A DNA stretch of 64,000 nucleotides from Octopus vulgaris (taxonomy: Eukaryota), in contig OX597842.1 of NCBI GenBank assembly GCA_951406725.2, forward strand, positions 2,480,001 through 2,544,000. Reading direction: 5' to 3'. Shown piece by piece: positions 1 to 13,116 of this stretch (positions are counted from its first letter, which is position 1; each line of letters begins with the position of its first letter). The notes under the pieces are model-generated. The model had not been told where the DNA came from, did not search any database, and saw only the letters and a list, made by a program, of their open reading frames with translations. Made by a program: the position numbers and the translations under genes.

Positions 1-1406
1 GTGGGTGGTTGTGGTGGTGGTGGTCTGTGTTGTGGCAACGGTGATGTTGATGTTTGTTGTGATGATGATGTCCTTGTTGTTGTTGCTAGTGCGTGTGGTG
101 GTGGTGGTTGTGGTGGTAGTGATGGTGGTGGTAATGCTGGTGGTGGTGGTGGTGCTGAAAATTTTGATGGTGGTGGTGGTGAAAATATTGATGGTAGTAG
201 TAATGGTGGTGGTGGTGGTGATGGTGATGGTGAAGATGATGATGGTGGTAGTGGTGGTGGTGGTGAAAATGTTGATGGTGGTGGTGGTAGTGGTGGTGGT
301 GATGGTGAAGATGATGATGGTGGTAGTGGTGGTTGTGGTGAAAATGTTGATGGTGGTGGTGGTAGTGGTGGTGGTGTTGATGGTGAAGATGATGATGGTG
401 GTAGTGGTGGTGCTGGTGAAAATATTGATGGTAATGGTGGTGGTGGTGGATGTGACAGAGGTCATGTTGATGTTTGCGGAGATGATGATGATGTCACTTT
501 CGTTGTTGGTCATGGCGGTGGTGATGATGGCAATGTGGTGGTAATTATGATGATGATGACAATGATGATGATTTTTACACTTATGATGACAGTGGCAGTG
601 CAGGAGATTGTTCCTTTTATTTTTGCCCAATTTATTTTTGGTGGTGGTGGTCATGGTGGTGATGATAATGAACTTGATAACTGTGATGATGGTGCTGCTG
701 CTACTGCTGATGGTGATGTTGCTGCTGCTGATGATGATGACAATGAACTTTGTGCTGATGATAGCGATGATGATGGTGATGGTAGTAGTGGTGGTCATAA
801 TAGTGATCACCACCACAATGATGGTGGTGGTGGTGATGGTGGTGGTGGTGGCTGTGATTTTGCTTTTACGAGGAATAACCCAAGTGGCATGGTATGGGTT
901 GTAATTGGTGTGGTTGTTGCAGTGATGGCGGTAGTTGGGAAGGTGGTTGTAATGGTTGTAGTGCTCATGGTAGAAGTGGTGGTTTCGCTGGGAGGTAGTA
1001 ATTGTAGCTGTGGTGATGGCCATATCGGTGGACATAATAATGACGATGGTCATTATGGTGAGGCCGATGGCTGTGGTGGGGTTGGTGGTGATGAGGATGG
1101 TGGTGGTCATGGTGGTGGTAGTGATGATGCAGATGATAATGATAACCATCATCATCATCATCACAGTGCCAGCAAATCATCATCTTTATCACCACCACCA
1201 CTACAACCAACATCATCATCACCACCATCATCATCATCATCAATACCACCACCACTACTACAACCATCATCATCACCACCATCATCATCAATCTCACTAT
1301 CATCATCATTATCATCATCATCATCATCACTACCACCACCACTACTACAACCATCATCATCATCATTACCACCTCCATCATTATTCTAGTGGTGGTAGTG
1401 GTGATG

Positions 1407-1441
<35 letters not shown>

Positions 1442-1640
1442 CTTACACCACTACAGCCATTATTACCCCGACCACCACTACCACTGTCGTCATGGTAGTG
1501 GTGGTGATGCTGTTGGTGACGACGGTGCTGATGTTGATAACGATGTTGCCAGAGGTGTTGGTGGTGATTCTGGAGGTAGTGGTAATGGTGGTGGTAGTGG
1601 TGGTGGTGGTGGTGGTGGTGGTGGTGGTGGTGGTGAACAT
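1..1640. repeat. Compound low-complexity (GGT/GAT)n and (CAT/CAC)n tract with alternating polarity
   Basis: GGT/GAT-rich 1-1140, CAT/CAC-rich 1143-1380, then further switches to 1640; internal ~60-bp degenerate unit GGTGAAAATGTTGATGG...GATGGTGAAGATGAT. Confidence 0.95.
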
Positions 1641-1744
1641 AATGATGGTACCGGTGCTCATAATTGTCACAGCTGGAGCCAAGCTTTTGCATGTCACTTG
1701 TCCACAAACACGCATGCTTCTTCATGTTTCCTTACACGCATCAT

Positions 1745-1800
1745 GTGTATGTATATATATATATGCCTATATATATATGTGCATATATGTATTTATATAC

Positions 1801-1833
<33 letters not shown>

Positions 1834-1927
1834 CATGTATATATATATAGAAATTTATATTTATATACTACCTTGTTAATCTCAATATACAATATCTAGA
1901 TCACTTCAAAAACCCTACATACATATA

Positions 1928-1965
<38 letters not shown>

Positions 1966-1978
1966 CATACATACATAC

Positions 1979-2009
<31 letters not shown>

Positions 2010-2160
2010 CATACATATATATATACACACATATATATATATATATATACATACATATATGTATATATATACACATACATATACATACATACATACATAC
2101 ATACATACATGCATATATATATATATATATATATGATGATGATGATGATGATATATATAT
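1745..2160. repeat. (TA)n/(CATA)n/(TG)n microsatellite
   Basis: Direct reading. Confidence 0.95.
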
Positions 2161-2783
2161 GCAGGTGTAGGTATGTAGTTAAGTTTGCTTTTGCAACAGT
2201 ATGGTTGCAGGTTCAGTTCCACTGCATGGTGCTCTGAGCAGATAATTTCTGTTGTAGCCTCGAGCTGTTCCCAATACCCAGCAGCAGAAATTTGGTTAAA
2301 TGAGAACTCTATGGAAGTACATTAAATAAATATCCACCTCCTCCTCCCCTATCATCATCATCATCATCATCATCATCATATTGTTTTGATGTTAATTTTA
2401 CACTTGCATAGTTAGGATGCCTTTGCTGTCACCAACCTTCGCCTGTTTCCAAGCAAGGCAATATTCCCCCATGGTTGGTTGTGTTTTACATTGAAAACAG
2501 AAATAAACATCACTGCTTGTATGATGGTGACACATATATACATAGAATCATATTTATATACTTATACGATGGGCTTCTTTCAGTTTCCATTTATCAAATC
2601 CATTTGCAAGGCTTTGATCATTTCGATGCTTTAATAGAAGATACTTGCTGAATTGATGCACAGTGGGACTGAACCAGAAACCTGCAGGAAAGATTGTTAA
2701 CCAAACAGCTCTACCAACATATATGTCTTTATAAGCACACATCTGATAAGTCTCCGAGAAAACCATATTAGCAAATGGTTTCT

Positions 2784-3548
2784 TATTTCTTTACTGCCCA
2801 CAAGGGGCTACACACAGAGGGGACAGACAAACAGACTAAGTCAATTATATCAACCCCAGTGCGTAACTGGTACTTATTTAATCAACCCCAAAAGGATGAA
2901 AGGCAAAGTCAACCTCGGCGGAATTTGAACTCAGAACATAACGGCAGACGAAATACCTATTTCTTTACTACCCACAAGGGGCTAAACATAGAGGGGACAA
3001 ACAAGGACAGACAAACAGACTAAGTCAATTATATCGACCCCAGTGCGTAACTGGTACTTATTTAATCGACCCCGAAAGGATGAAAGGCAAAGTTGACCTT
3101 GGCGGAATTTGAACTCAGAATGTAGCAGCAGACGAAATACCTATTTCTTTATTACCCACAAGGGGCTAAACATAGAGGGGACAGACATAGGTATTAAGTT
3201 GATTACATTGACCCCAGTGCATAACTGGTACTTAATTTATTGACCCCGAAAGGATGAAAGGCAAAGTTGACCTCAGCGGAATTTGAACTCAGAATGTAGC
3301 AGCAGACGAAATATCTATTTCTTTACTACCCACAAGGGGCTAAACATAGAGGGGACAAACAAGGACAGACATAGGTATTAAGTTGATTACATTGACTCCA
3401 GTGCGAAACTGGTACTTAATTTATCGACCCCGAAAGGATGAAAGGCTAAGTCGACCTCGGCGGAATTTGAACTCAGAATGTAGCAGCAGACGAAATACCG
3501 CTAAGCATTTCGCCCAGCGTGCTAATGTTTCTGCCAACTTGCCGCCTT
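2784..3548 (-). mobile_element. SINE family B, head-to-tail 4-mer
   Basis: Four ~175-185 bp units starting TATTTCTTTA(C/T)T(A/G)CCCACAAGGGGCT; only the last carries the head (rc AAGGCGGCAAGTTGGCAG); B-box-like GAGTTCAAATTCC; 17-bp direct repeat ATTAGCAAATGGTTTCT at 2767-2783 and 3554-3570. Confidence 0.85.
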
Positions 3549-3609
3549 AGCAAATTAGCAAATGGTTTCTGTCTACTAAATTTCACTTGCACATGCATAT
3601 GTGTGTATA

Positions 3610-4100
3610 TAGGTTTCAAAAAGTTCCCAGACTAGTTATGTTTAATAAAAAATAACTTATTTACCAAAGTTTTAATATCATCTCCTTTGAAATAGTCCCC
3701 TTGCACAGCAATACACTGATCCCAGCGTTCCTGCAATCTGGCCTGGAAGTTATTTTCTGTGAGTCAAGAACCTTCTGTGGTTTGATCTGGAACTCCACAA
3801 TGCTGTTAAAACGGCAACCTTTGAGCTGCACTTTCGTCTTGGGACAAAGATGGAAGTGTGCAGGTGCTGAATCTGGTGAATAGGGCGAGTGCCAAAGTGA
3901 TACCATGTCGTATTTTACAAGAAACTCACAAGTGAGGAGAGCTTGGTTACATTGTCATCATGAAGAAACCAATTCTTCACGCTCCGCAGATCCATTTGCT
4001 TTCACCGAATCTCAGCCTTCAAATGCTTCAAGACATTCCAGTAGAACTCATGATTGATGGTCTGGCCCTGGGGGACAAATTCTCAATGGACAATACCACA
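3610..4100 (-). mobile_element. Mariner (Tc1/mariner) transposase 3' fragment with terminal repeat
   Basis: ORF 3661-3906 has HSPYSPDSAPAHFHLCPK..LKGCRF (YSPDLAP motif); end homologous to 32090-32340. Confidence 0.85.
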
Positions 4101-4102
4101 AA

Positions 4103-4490
4103 TACTCTTTTACTTGTTTCAGTCATTTGACTGTGGCCATGCTGGAGCACTGCCTTTAGTCCAGCAAATCGACCCCAGGACTTATTCTTTGTAAGCCTAG
4201 TACTTATTCTATTGATCTCTTTTGCCGAACCACTAAGTTACGAGGACATAAACACAACACCATCAGTTATCAAGCGATGTTGGGGGACAAACAAAGACAC
4301 ACAGACATATACACATACATATATATGACGGGCTTCTTTTCAGTTTCCGTCTACCAAATCCACTCACAAAGGTTTGGTCGGCCCGAGGCTATAGTAGAAG
4401 ACACTTGCCCAAGATGCCACGCAGTGGGACTGAACCCGGAACCATGTGGCTGGTAAGCAAGCTACTTACCACACAGCTACTCCTGCACCT
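4103..4490 (-). mobile_element. SINE family A (tRNA-derived head, CCTTGGGCAAGT core-like motif, internal CA/TA tract, (GAGTAAAA)n tail)
   Basis: rc head GGTGCAGGAGTAGCTGTGTGG...GGTTCAGTCCC (A/B boxes); more than 20 copies in the window. Confidence 0.9.
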
Positions 4491-4519
4491 ATATATACAC
4501 ATACACACACACATACATA

Positions 4520-4765
4520 CATATATACACAATTTCATACAGCTATCCCATTTGATGCTTGGCCAAGGCCTCATCCAGCGTTTGTAGATGTTCTGTCAAA
4601 ACCATTTAATGTCTTCATTTCTTCAACAATGTTCTTCAGAATATTTGACGCCAGTCTTGAGGGTATGATACCATGCTGTTCTACTTCCTTCGTATTGCTC
4701 CCAGAATTTCGGTTCAACATTCGTACCCTTCATTATCTGCTTCTGTTGGCTTTTTGCCAAATATG
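4520..4765 (-). mobile_element. Probable RTE-clade LINE ORF2 3' fragment
   Basis: Minus translation EPKFWEQYEGSRTAWYHTLKTGVKYSE resembles the RTE C-terminal W..LA.DR..W pattern; weak. Confidence 0.4.
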
Positions 4766-4802
4766 CATGCACATGTATGTGTGTGTGTGTATGAGAGCGC
4801 AC

Positions 4803-5215
4803 CTTTACTCTTTTACTTGTTTCAGTCATTTGATTGTGGCCATACTGGAGCTCTGCCTTGAATGGCCTTATTCTTTGTAAGCCTAGACTTATTCTTTGGA
4901 CTTATTCTTTGTAAGCCTAGTACTTATTCTATCAATTTCTTTTGTTGAACCACTAAGTCGCAGGTATGTAAACACACCAGCATCAGTTGTCAAGCAATAG
5001 CAGGGAGACAGACTGACAGGCAGACACACACACACACGTACATGCATAATATATGTATATATGATGGGCTTCTTTAAGTTTCCATCTATCAAGTCCTCTC
5101 ACAAGACTTTTGTTGGCCTGAAGCTATAGCAGAAGACACTTGCCCAAGATGCCAAGCAGTGGGACTGAACCCAGAATGATGTGGTTTAATAGCAAGCTTC
5201 ACAGTCACACCTGCA

Positions 5216-5218
<3 letters not shown>
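4803..5218 (-). mobile_element. SINE family A
   Basis: Same body as 4103-4490, with a small internal duplication of TTATTCTTTG. Confidence 0.9.
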
Positions 5219-5252
<34 letters not shown>

Positions 5253-5446
5253 ACAAAGGGTAAAATTAATTAATTAAGAAGTAATCAATAATTTCACCAA
5301 GTAGAATTCGGTATGAAAAAAGGACCATTTCACAGTAAACTTAAGTAATACTTATTAATAAGGGTTTAGCAAAGATTTGCTTTACCACATATGGAAGTTT
5401 AGAAATAGCAGCCCAAAAATCTTAGCTATTTCTTCTACTTTAAAAA

Positions 5447-5510
<64 letters not shown>

Positions 5511-5512
5511 GT

Positions 5513-5673
5513 GATGCTTCTTTCAGTTTCTACCTACCAAATCCACTCTCAAGGCTTTGATTGGCCCAAAGTTTTTATAGAAAACACTTTCTCAAGATGC
5601 TATGTAGTGGGACTGAACCTAGAACCATGCGGTTGGGAAGCAAGCTTCTTACCACAATGCCACATTTATGCCT
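5513..5673 (-). mobile_element. SINE family A 5' half
   Basis: CTTCTTTCAGTTTC...GTGGGACTGAACC...ACCACA. Confidence 0.8.
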
Positions 5674-5674
5674 A

Positions 5675-7570
5675 TACGAGGTCTGATCAATAAATATCCG
5701 GACTGTTGCCATAGTAATGAAGCTAAAGCCTGTAGAATGAAGTCAATCAGTACAGATTGACCTTAAACTCTGCTGAGAATGTGCACTAAATTTTAACATT
5801 CTAGCTCACTTTTGCCATTTACAGCAGTGCTTGGAAGGAAGGTGTGTAGTGTGTGATCATCACATTGACCATGACAGAGAAAGTTGTCATGGCGATATTT
5901 GCTCAGAGGCCTATGTAAAGTTGCAGAAAGTATATGGAGAGGAATGTATGAGCCACACACAAATACACAAGTGCTTCAGACATTTCCAAGATGACCGAAA
6001 AATGTTGATGAACGTTCTGGGGGATCCGCAACCAGAAGAACTGAGAAAAGCATTGCAGATGTGTGTGCAGCTGTGAGTGGAAATCATTGAATCACCATCC
6101 ATGGGTTATCAGAGGATGTGTAGATTAGTTACAATTCAGTTCAGTCCATTTGAGTCTGAGATACGTGTCTGCCAAGTTTGTGCCAAAATTGCTTTCAGCT
6201 GACCAAAAAGACACTTGGGTTTCAGCTGTACATACACACATACACAAATACATGCACACATATATTTGCATGAGTGCACATACATATATGTACACACACT
6301 CACATATATATACATAAACACACACATACATATATATAGTCTCATGCACACATACACACACAGAGTACCAAACTTTAATTCTCCTAAACAAGCAAGGAAC
6401 CAGGTGCTGTGTTAACCCAGCACTTTCATCTTTTAAAAAACTTTTTGAAAACTTTGCATAGGCCTCTGAGCAAGTACCACCAAGCTTTTGGCAAACTTTG
6501 ATGCAGATTCTCTGCTCAGCTTTCTCTGTCATGGTCAATAGAATGATCACACGCTACACACCTTCCTTCCAAGCATTGCTGTAAACAGCGGAGGTGAGCT
6601 AGAATGTTAAAACTTAGTGCATATAGGCGCAGGAGTGGCTGTGTGGTAAGTAGCTTGCTAACCAACCACATGGTTCCGAGTTCAGTCCCACTGTGTGGCA
6701 TCTTGGGCAAGTGTCTTCTGCTATATCCTCGGGCCGACCAATGCCTTGTGAGTGGATTTGGTAGACGGAAACTGAAAGAAGCCTGTCATATATATGTATA
6801 TATATATTTATATGTGTGTGTTTGTGTGTCTGTGTTTGTCCCCCTAGCATTGCTTGACAATGTTGCCTGTTCTTTGGATTACACTCATCTTGCCATCAGT
6901 ATAATGGCTGTCTTGACCTTGGGGTCAGAAGCTGGTTCCCCCTGCTGGACCTTCATGCACAATGTAAGTGAAGGGTTCATGTCGAAGATTGGTGGGTGGG
7001 TGTGGTAGTGGTGGTGGTCTGTTGTGGCAACGGTGATGTTGATGTTTGTTGTGATGATGATGTCCTTGTTGTTGTTGCTAGTAATGATGGTGATGGTGAT
7101 GGTGAATATGTTGGTGGTAGTGGTAATGGTGGTGGTGGTGGTGGTAATGCTGGTGGTGGTGGTGAAAATGTTGATGGTTGTAGTAATGGTGGTGGTTGTG
7201 ATGGTGAAGATGATGGTGGTAGTGGTGGTGGTGAAAATGTTGATTGTAGTGGTGGTGGTGGTGGTGGTGGTGATGGTGAAGATGATGGTGTGTTTACGTC
7301 CCCGTCACTTAGCGGTTCGGCAAAAAGAGACCGATTGAATAAGTACTGGGCTTACAAAGAATAAGTCCCGGGGTCGATTTGCTCGACTAAAGGCGGTGCT
7401 CCAGCATGGCCACAGTCAAATGACTGAAACAAGTAAAAGAGTAAAAAGAAGAGAAAAAGAGTATGCACAGCAGAGTTGAAGGTCAATCTGTGCCAAGCAG
7501 CTTCACTCTTCATGGTTTAGCTTTGTTGCTATAGTAACAGTCTGGATACTTATTCATCAGACCATGTGTA
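5675..7570 (+). mobile_element. Non-autonomous fold-back mariner with long inverted arms, interrupted by a SINE and templated inserts
   Basis: Left end TACGAGGTCTGATCAATAAATATCCGGAC; right end GTCTGGATACTTATTCATCAGACC..TA (~7540-7570); 5675-5920 is the inverted copy of 6450-6622 plus 7462-7570; N-terminal transposase remnants MTEKAEQRICIK and VSAKFVPKLL. Confidence 0.85.
6624..7461 (+). mobile_element. SINE family A split by a 420-bp insertion (6861-7280)
   Basis: Head at 6624; TGCTTGACAA at 6851-6860; resumes GATG(A)TGGTGTGTTTACGTCCCC at 7281; tail to 7461. Confidence 0.9.
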
Positions 7571-7610
7571 TAAGGTGCCTGTGTATTTTCGTGAATTTAT
7601 ATTTCCCTTT

Positions 7611-7740
7611 GATGAGGATGATGGTAGTGGTGATGGTGGTGATGATCATGATCGTGACAGCTGTGATGGTAATAATGGTGTTGATGATAATGATGATGAT
7701 TCTTATAAGGACAACAATGAAAGTGTTGCTGCTGTTGATA

Positions 7741-7792
<52 letters not shown>

Positions 7793-7800
7793 CGATGACA
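7611..7800. repeat. (GAT)n microsatellite
   Basis: Direct reading. Confidence 0.95.
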
Positions 7801-8483
7801 ACAGCAAAAATAACTCCCAGAAGATATGAATACAACCTATGTACAACAGGCATTTCATGTCTTGTATACAAACTGACCCTTGATATTTCAAACCAGAACC
7901 CTAAACTTATAACACAGCAATATGTCAGTCTGACTTATGTCAATCAGCCCTTTCATCTGTTCTGAGATATTTACCATATTTCAAAGAACCAGACACTGGG
8001 GAAAAGGTAGCTGGTGGTGGTGGGGGGTGTTGGCGAGAAGGGGTAGATCCTTAATGTTCATGGAAGAGCTAAGATCCTTTTCATTGCCACACTTGATGCG
8101 GGGCTTCAAAAACGTATGGTGTCAGTCACCTCCTCTATAATTACACCCCCAACCCCCACCCTGTCACTGTATCATCGTTTAATTAAAATTTTAATTAATC
8201 CAAGCTTCGCTTATTTTAAAAACATAAATTTTATTTTTTTTCAATTTCTGAGGATTTATTTTATTTAAATTATTTTTTTCTTTTTTTTTTTTGAGATATG
8301 TTGAGTTATGTCCCCTTTGTCTTTGTTTGGTTCCCTGAAATGTCGTTCAGCAGTGTTTGCCTCATTTAAGTTCAGAAGTGAAGGGTAGAAGAGTTGATTA
8401 ATTAAAAGTTATCGTGCACGCTGTTGTGGGTTAACTCAGCACTTGGTTCCCTGCTTGTTTGTGAGAATTAAAGTTTCATACTC

Positions 8484-8882
8484 TGTGTGTGTGTGTGCAT
8501 GGGACTATATGTATATATATATATGTATATGTGTGTGTGTGTATGTATGTATGTATGCATGTGTGTGCATGTGTTCGTGTATACTTGTGTGTGTGTGCGT
8601 GTGCATGAGACTATATATATATATGTGTGTGTTTATGTATATATGTATGAATGTGTGTGTTTGCGTACACTTGTGTGTGTGTGCATGAGACTATTTATGT
8701 GTATGTATATATGTATGCATGTTTATGTATATATGTATACATGTGTGTGTGTTTTCGCGTACACTTGTGTGTGTGTATGTGCATATGCACATGTGTGTGT
8801 ATATGTACATATATATGTATGTGTCGGGTATGTGCATGTCTATGTGTATATGTAAATATCTGTATATATATATATATATATA

Positions 8883-8918
<36 letters not shown>

Positions 8919-9033
8919 TATATACACACATACATATGTTTATATATATTTATCTCTGTGCATGTACACACACACACACATTCGTGACTGAAGAATTTCC
9001 ATTCATTTTCAATAAAATGTTTATATACATATG

Positions 9034-9074
<41 letters not shown>

Positions 9075-9093
9075 ACATCTTACACACACACAC

Positions 9094-9129
<36 letters not shown>

Positions 9130-9402
9130 TGACTGAAATACTTCCACTTTCCGCTTTTCGCAACAAATGTTTTCTACAGGGAACTTTTGATCAAAACTTA
9201 AAGGATTTACTGGCAGGATAAAAAAGAAAACAAAAAAGGAACAAACAAAGCAATATACAAAAAGGATCCACCTACCCCCTAAAACACATACATAAACCAT
9301 CAAAAATAACTATCTCGCCCACCCGATCTCCCTCACTGCCAAAATGCCAACTGCCCCACTTAGCCCACCGACCCCTTCCAAAATATAAAGACAACCAAAA
9401 TA

Positions 9403-9459
<57 letters not shown>

Positions 9460-9484
9460 GTATGTTTATATATATATGTATGTT

Positions 9485-9560
<76 letters not shown>
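8484..9560. repeat. (TG)n/(TA)n compound microsatellites with short unique spacers
   Basis: Direct reading. Confidence 0.9.
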
Positions 9561-9561
<1 letters not shown>

Positions 9562-9877
9562 GAGCATGTTCAACAGAGCTAAAACATCAATCGAAACTCT
9601 TCCGAATCATTTTCGCTATTTTGGGTCTGGATCACGTGATGGATTTAATTAAATTTTACTAATCAACAGCAATTAAGCAATGGCGGGTTTATGACACAAA
9701 AATTTTAAAATAATAATAATAATAATAATAATAATATTTTTTTAAAATAATAAAATCAAAATTGGAAACATAAATGAAGTGGGGGGGAAAAAATGTTTAA
9801 AGGAGAGGTAAGGAGCGGGGGGGGCGTGAGAAGGGGGTTAAAATGGGGAGAAATATTATTTTTAAATTTACACATGT

Positions 9878-9945
9878 TCATCATCGTTCTTCTTATTAAC
9901 ATTATCATTATAGCAATCATCATCATTACCATCATTTTATCATCA

Positions 9946-9998
<53 letters not shown>

Positions 9999-10162
9999 GG
10001 TGGCGTTGGTGGTAGTAACAACACCGTTCTGGTTATTTCTGTTATTAATATTATTATATTCATCGTCATCATTATTATTGTTTTATTATTGTTAGTAACA
10101 TTATCCTCAATCAGTGTCATTATCATTATTATTATTATTATTTTCTATTATTATTATTATTA

Positions 10163-10217
<55 letters not shown>

Positions 10218-10255
10218 CATTATTATTATTATTATCTATTATTATTATTATTTTC

Positions 10256-10291
<36 letters not shown>

Positions 10292-10447
10292 CATCATCAT
10301 TATTGTTATTATTATTATTAAAAATAATAAATCTTCAATATTATTATTATCCTTATTTATATTATTAATAATTATTATTATTACTATTTTACTACTATTA
10401 TTTTTATTATAATTTTTGTGTGTTCCCTTAGTGGTTAATAGAGAAAA

Positions 10448-10481
<34 letters not shown>

Positions 10482-10482
10482 G

Positions 10483-10525
<43 letters not shown>

Positions 10526-10670
10526 CACCAGCATTCACTTTGTTTCCGTGCGTGTTTGTCTGTCTGTTTATGTGTGTGTCCGTGTGTATGTGTGTGTGTA
10601 TCTGTGCGTGTTTAGCTGTGCTTGTGTGCGTGTGTTTTTTGTCAATGCTGTGTGTGTGTGTGTGTGTATG
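9878..10670. repeat. (TAT)n tract followed by (TG)n
   Basis: Direct reading. Confidence 0.95.
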
Positions 10671-11044
10671 TTTAATGGCAGTGAATTTTAAAGTCAGTTC
10701 TCATTTAAGGGTGAGGAAGAGAAAACAGGGGATGGCAAGATGGTGGGTGGGGGTGGAGCATGCATAATTTCATTGCTGCTTATGATGTTGTTGTTGTTGT
10801 TGTTGCTCAGGAAAAAAGGGGGTAGAGGAGGTGCAGGAGGGAACAATAAGTAGGGGGTGCTCAATTCCTTTGGACAATGGTCTGATTGCTGTTCAAGTTG
10901 CTAGTGGTGGCGATGCTGATGGTGGTGGTGATGCTGGTGGTGGTGTCTTACCTTCCCCACTCCATTATCAAGCCTGCCTATGAGGAAACAACAATCCAAG
11001 AGTGACCATCCTGACATTATCTAACATGTTATTTTTGACTCTTC

Positions 11045-11680
11045 CATTGATCATAGAGACCTCTTTTATATGGACTGACCCAGGGCTAAAAAACAACAAC
11101 TATAGCTTCCTATACTTACTAATATACTATACATTAGATAATGTAGTCCTAGATACACTATGAATAAAAGATGGGGTGGTCACTGCTGGAACATCTGTGA
11201 TCATAGTTGTCTCTCTTGGGATCAGGACTGACCTGGGACTGAGCAACAACAATTATAACCACTAATACTAACTACCATACTATACATTATCTAATGTAGT
11301 CCTAGATACACTATGACTGAAAAAAAAATGCAACATGTTTGATCATAGGTTGACTGGATCAGGATGGCCTGGGGCTAAACAACAGCAATCATAACCACCA
11401 ATACTAACTACTGTATTGTACATTAGATAATGTAGTCCTAGATGTACAATGTCCAAATAAAAGATTGGGAGGTCACAGTTGGAACATCTTTGATCATAGG
11501 TCGACTGGATCAGGACTGACCTGGGGCTAAACAACAATTGTAGCTACTAACACTATTGTACTATACATTAGATAATGTAGTCCTAGATACACTATGCCTG
11601 AATAAAAGGTGGGCTGGTCACAGCTACATCTTTGATCATAGGTTTGGTAGACCAGAACTGACCTGGGGCTAAAAAAACCA
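11045..11680 (+). repeat. Tandem array of a ~140-bp unit (4 full copies plus 1 partial)
   Basis: Recurring TACATTAGATAATGTAGTCCTAGATACACTATG...TGATCATAGGT...GACCTGGGGCTAAACAACA at ~11130, 11283, 11419 and 11564. Confidence 0.9.
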
Positions 11681-11694
11681 AAAACCACACCACC

Positions 11695-11728
<34 letters not shown>

Positions 11729-12274
11729 TCAAAAACAACAGCAACAGGAACCTCATATCGGCTGCAATTGATGTTGTAGCAGTAGTTGTTGTTATTGTTA
11801 TATCAGATGGGTAGGTGCAGGAAGAGTGCCTTGTTAAATTTTTTTTTTCTTTTATTATTATTATTATTGTTGTTGTTGTTGATGTCTTATGAGTCGTTAA
11901 TGTTGTTGTAGTCATCAGTATTTTCACGGCAGTTATTATTTTTCCCCTTCTAATAAACAACCATTTTCACTGCAAATTAGAGTCCATATCATCGTTAGTT
12001 TTCACTTCCTTTGTTTCTTAATTAGGTGTTGCTCGCTTTTCCCTCACCCACTCCCCTACTTTATTTTTTTATTCAATTTCTGTAGTCGTCTTTACCATTG
12101 TTGTTGTTATTGTTGTTGCTGCAATTTTCGTTGTTGTTGTTGTTGTTTATTTTCATTCTAATTCACTTCCCGCAATTTAATTATAAATTACCGTTATGCA
12201 ATCCAGTTCGTCAAAATGGAAATAATTTGATGCATCATGAAAATTATTTGGGAAAAGAGATCAGGAAAGAAATT

Positions 12275-12673
12275 CTTTACTCTTTTACTTGTTTCAGTCA
12301 TTTGACTGTGGCCATGCTGGAGCACCGCCTTTAGTCGAGCAAATCGACCCTGGGACTTATTCTTTGTAAGCCCAGTACTTATTCTATCAGTCTCTTTTGC
12401 CAAACCGCTAAGTGACAGGGACGTAAACACACCAGCATCGGTTGTCAAGCAATACTAGGGGGGCAAACACAGACACACAAACATACATATACATATATAT
12501 ATACATATATACGACAGGCTTCTTTCAGTTTCCGTCTACCAAATCCCCTCACAAGGCATTGGTGGGCCCGGGGCTATAGCAGAAGACAATTGCCCAAGGT
12601 GCCACGCAGTGGGACTGAACCCGAAGCCATGTGGTTGGTTAGCAAGCTACTTACCACACAGCCACTCCTGCGC
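12275..12673 (-). mobile_element. SINE family A, full length
   Basis: Near-consensus copy. Confidence 0.92.
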
Positions 12674-12705
12674 AAATGTAATAATAATAATAATAATAAT
12701 AATAA

Positions 12706-13116
12706 TTCTTTCGGTTATTGGCCACAAAGGCTAACAAAAATCAATTAAAACATAAAGGGACAAAACACAGGACGAAAGTTACAAAGGGTTTTGTCCGTTT
12801 GGAAAAGGTCCATGTACAAAAGTAGGATGACAACGAAATGTAAGTAACAATTAAAACTCCCAATAGGGGGAGGCGCTTCGAAAGGTTACTCGTGGAAAAA
12901 CCCATAAAAGCCACGGGAGCCCGGTCAAAAGGTGGGTAGAGAGCCCCTTTCTCCTTTTATATTTCCTTTTAATTTTTTCACAGGTGTATCCTCAGAGTTG
13001 GTCCATTCATACTGGCCATTCTTGCGACATTCACCCACCTTTCAATAAACTTGCTACCAGACATCACTTCCCTCTCTACTCTCATCTTCCTTTTTAAGTG
13101 CAACTTGAAAAAGTTG

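Noticed and set aside
1-1389. 462-aa Gly/Asp-rich ORF and overlapping poly-Val/His ORFs
   Set aside because: Trinucleotide repeats lack stop codons in several frames on both strands; no real ATG start or domain.
8981-9173. Repeated TCGTGACTGAA...AAATGTTT block
   Set aside because: Most simply a small local tandem duplication within the microsatellite.
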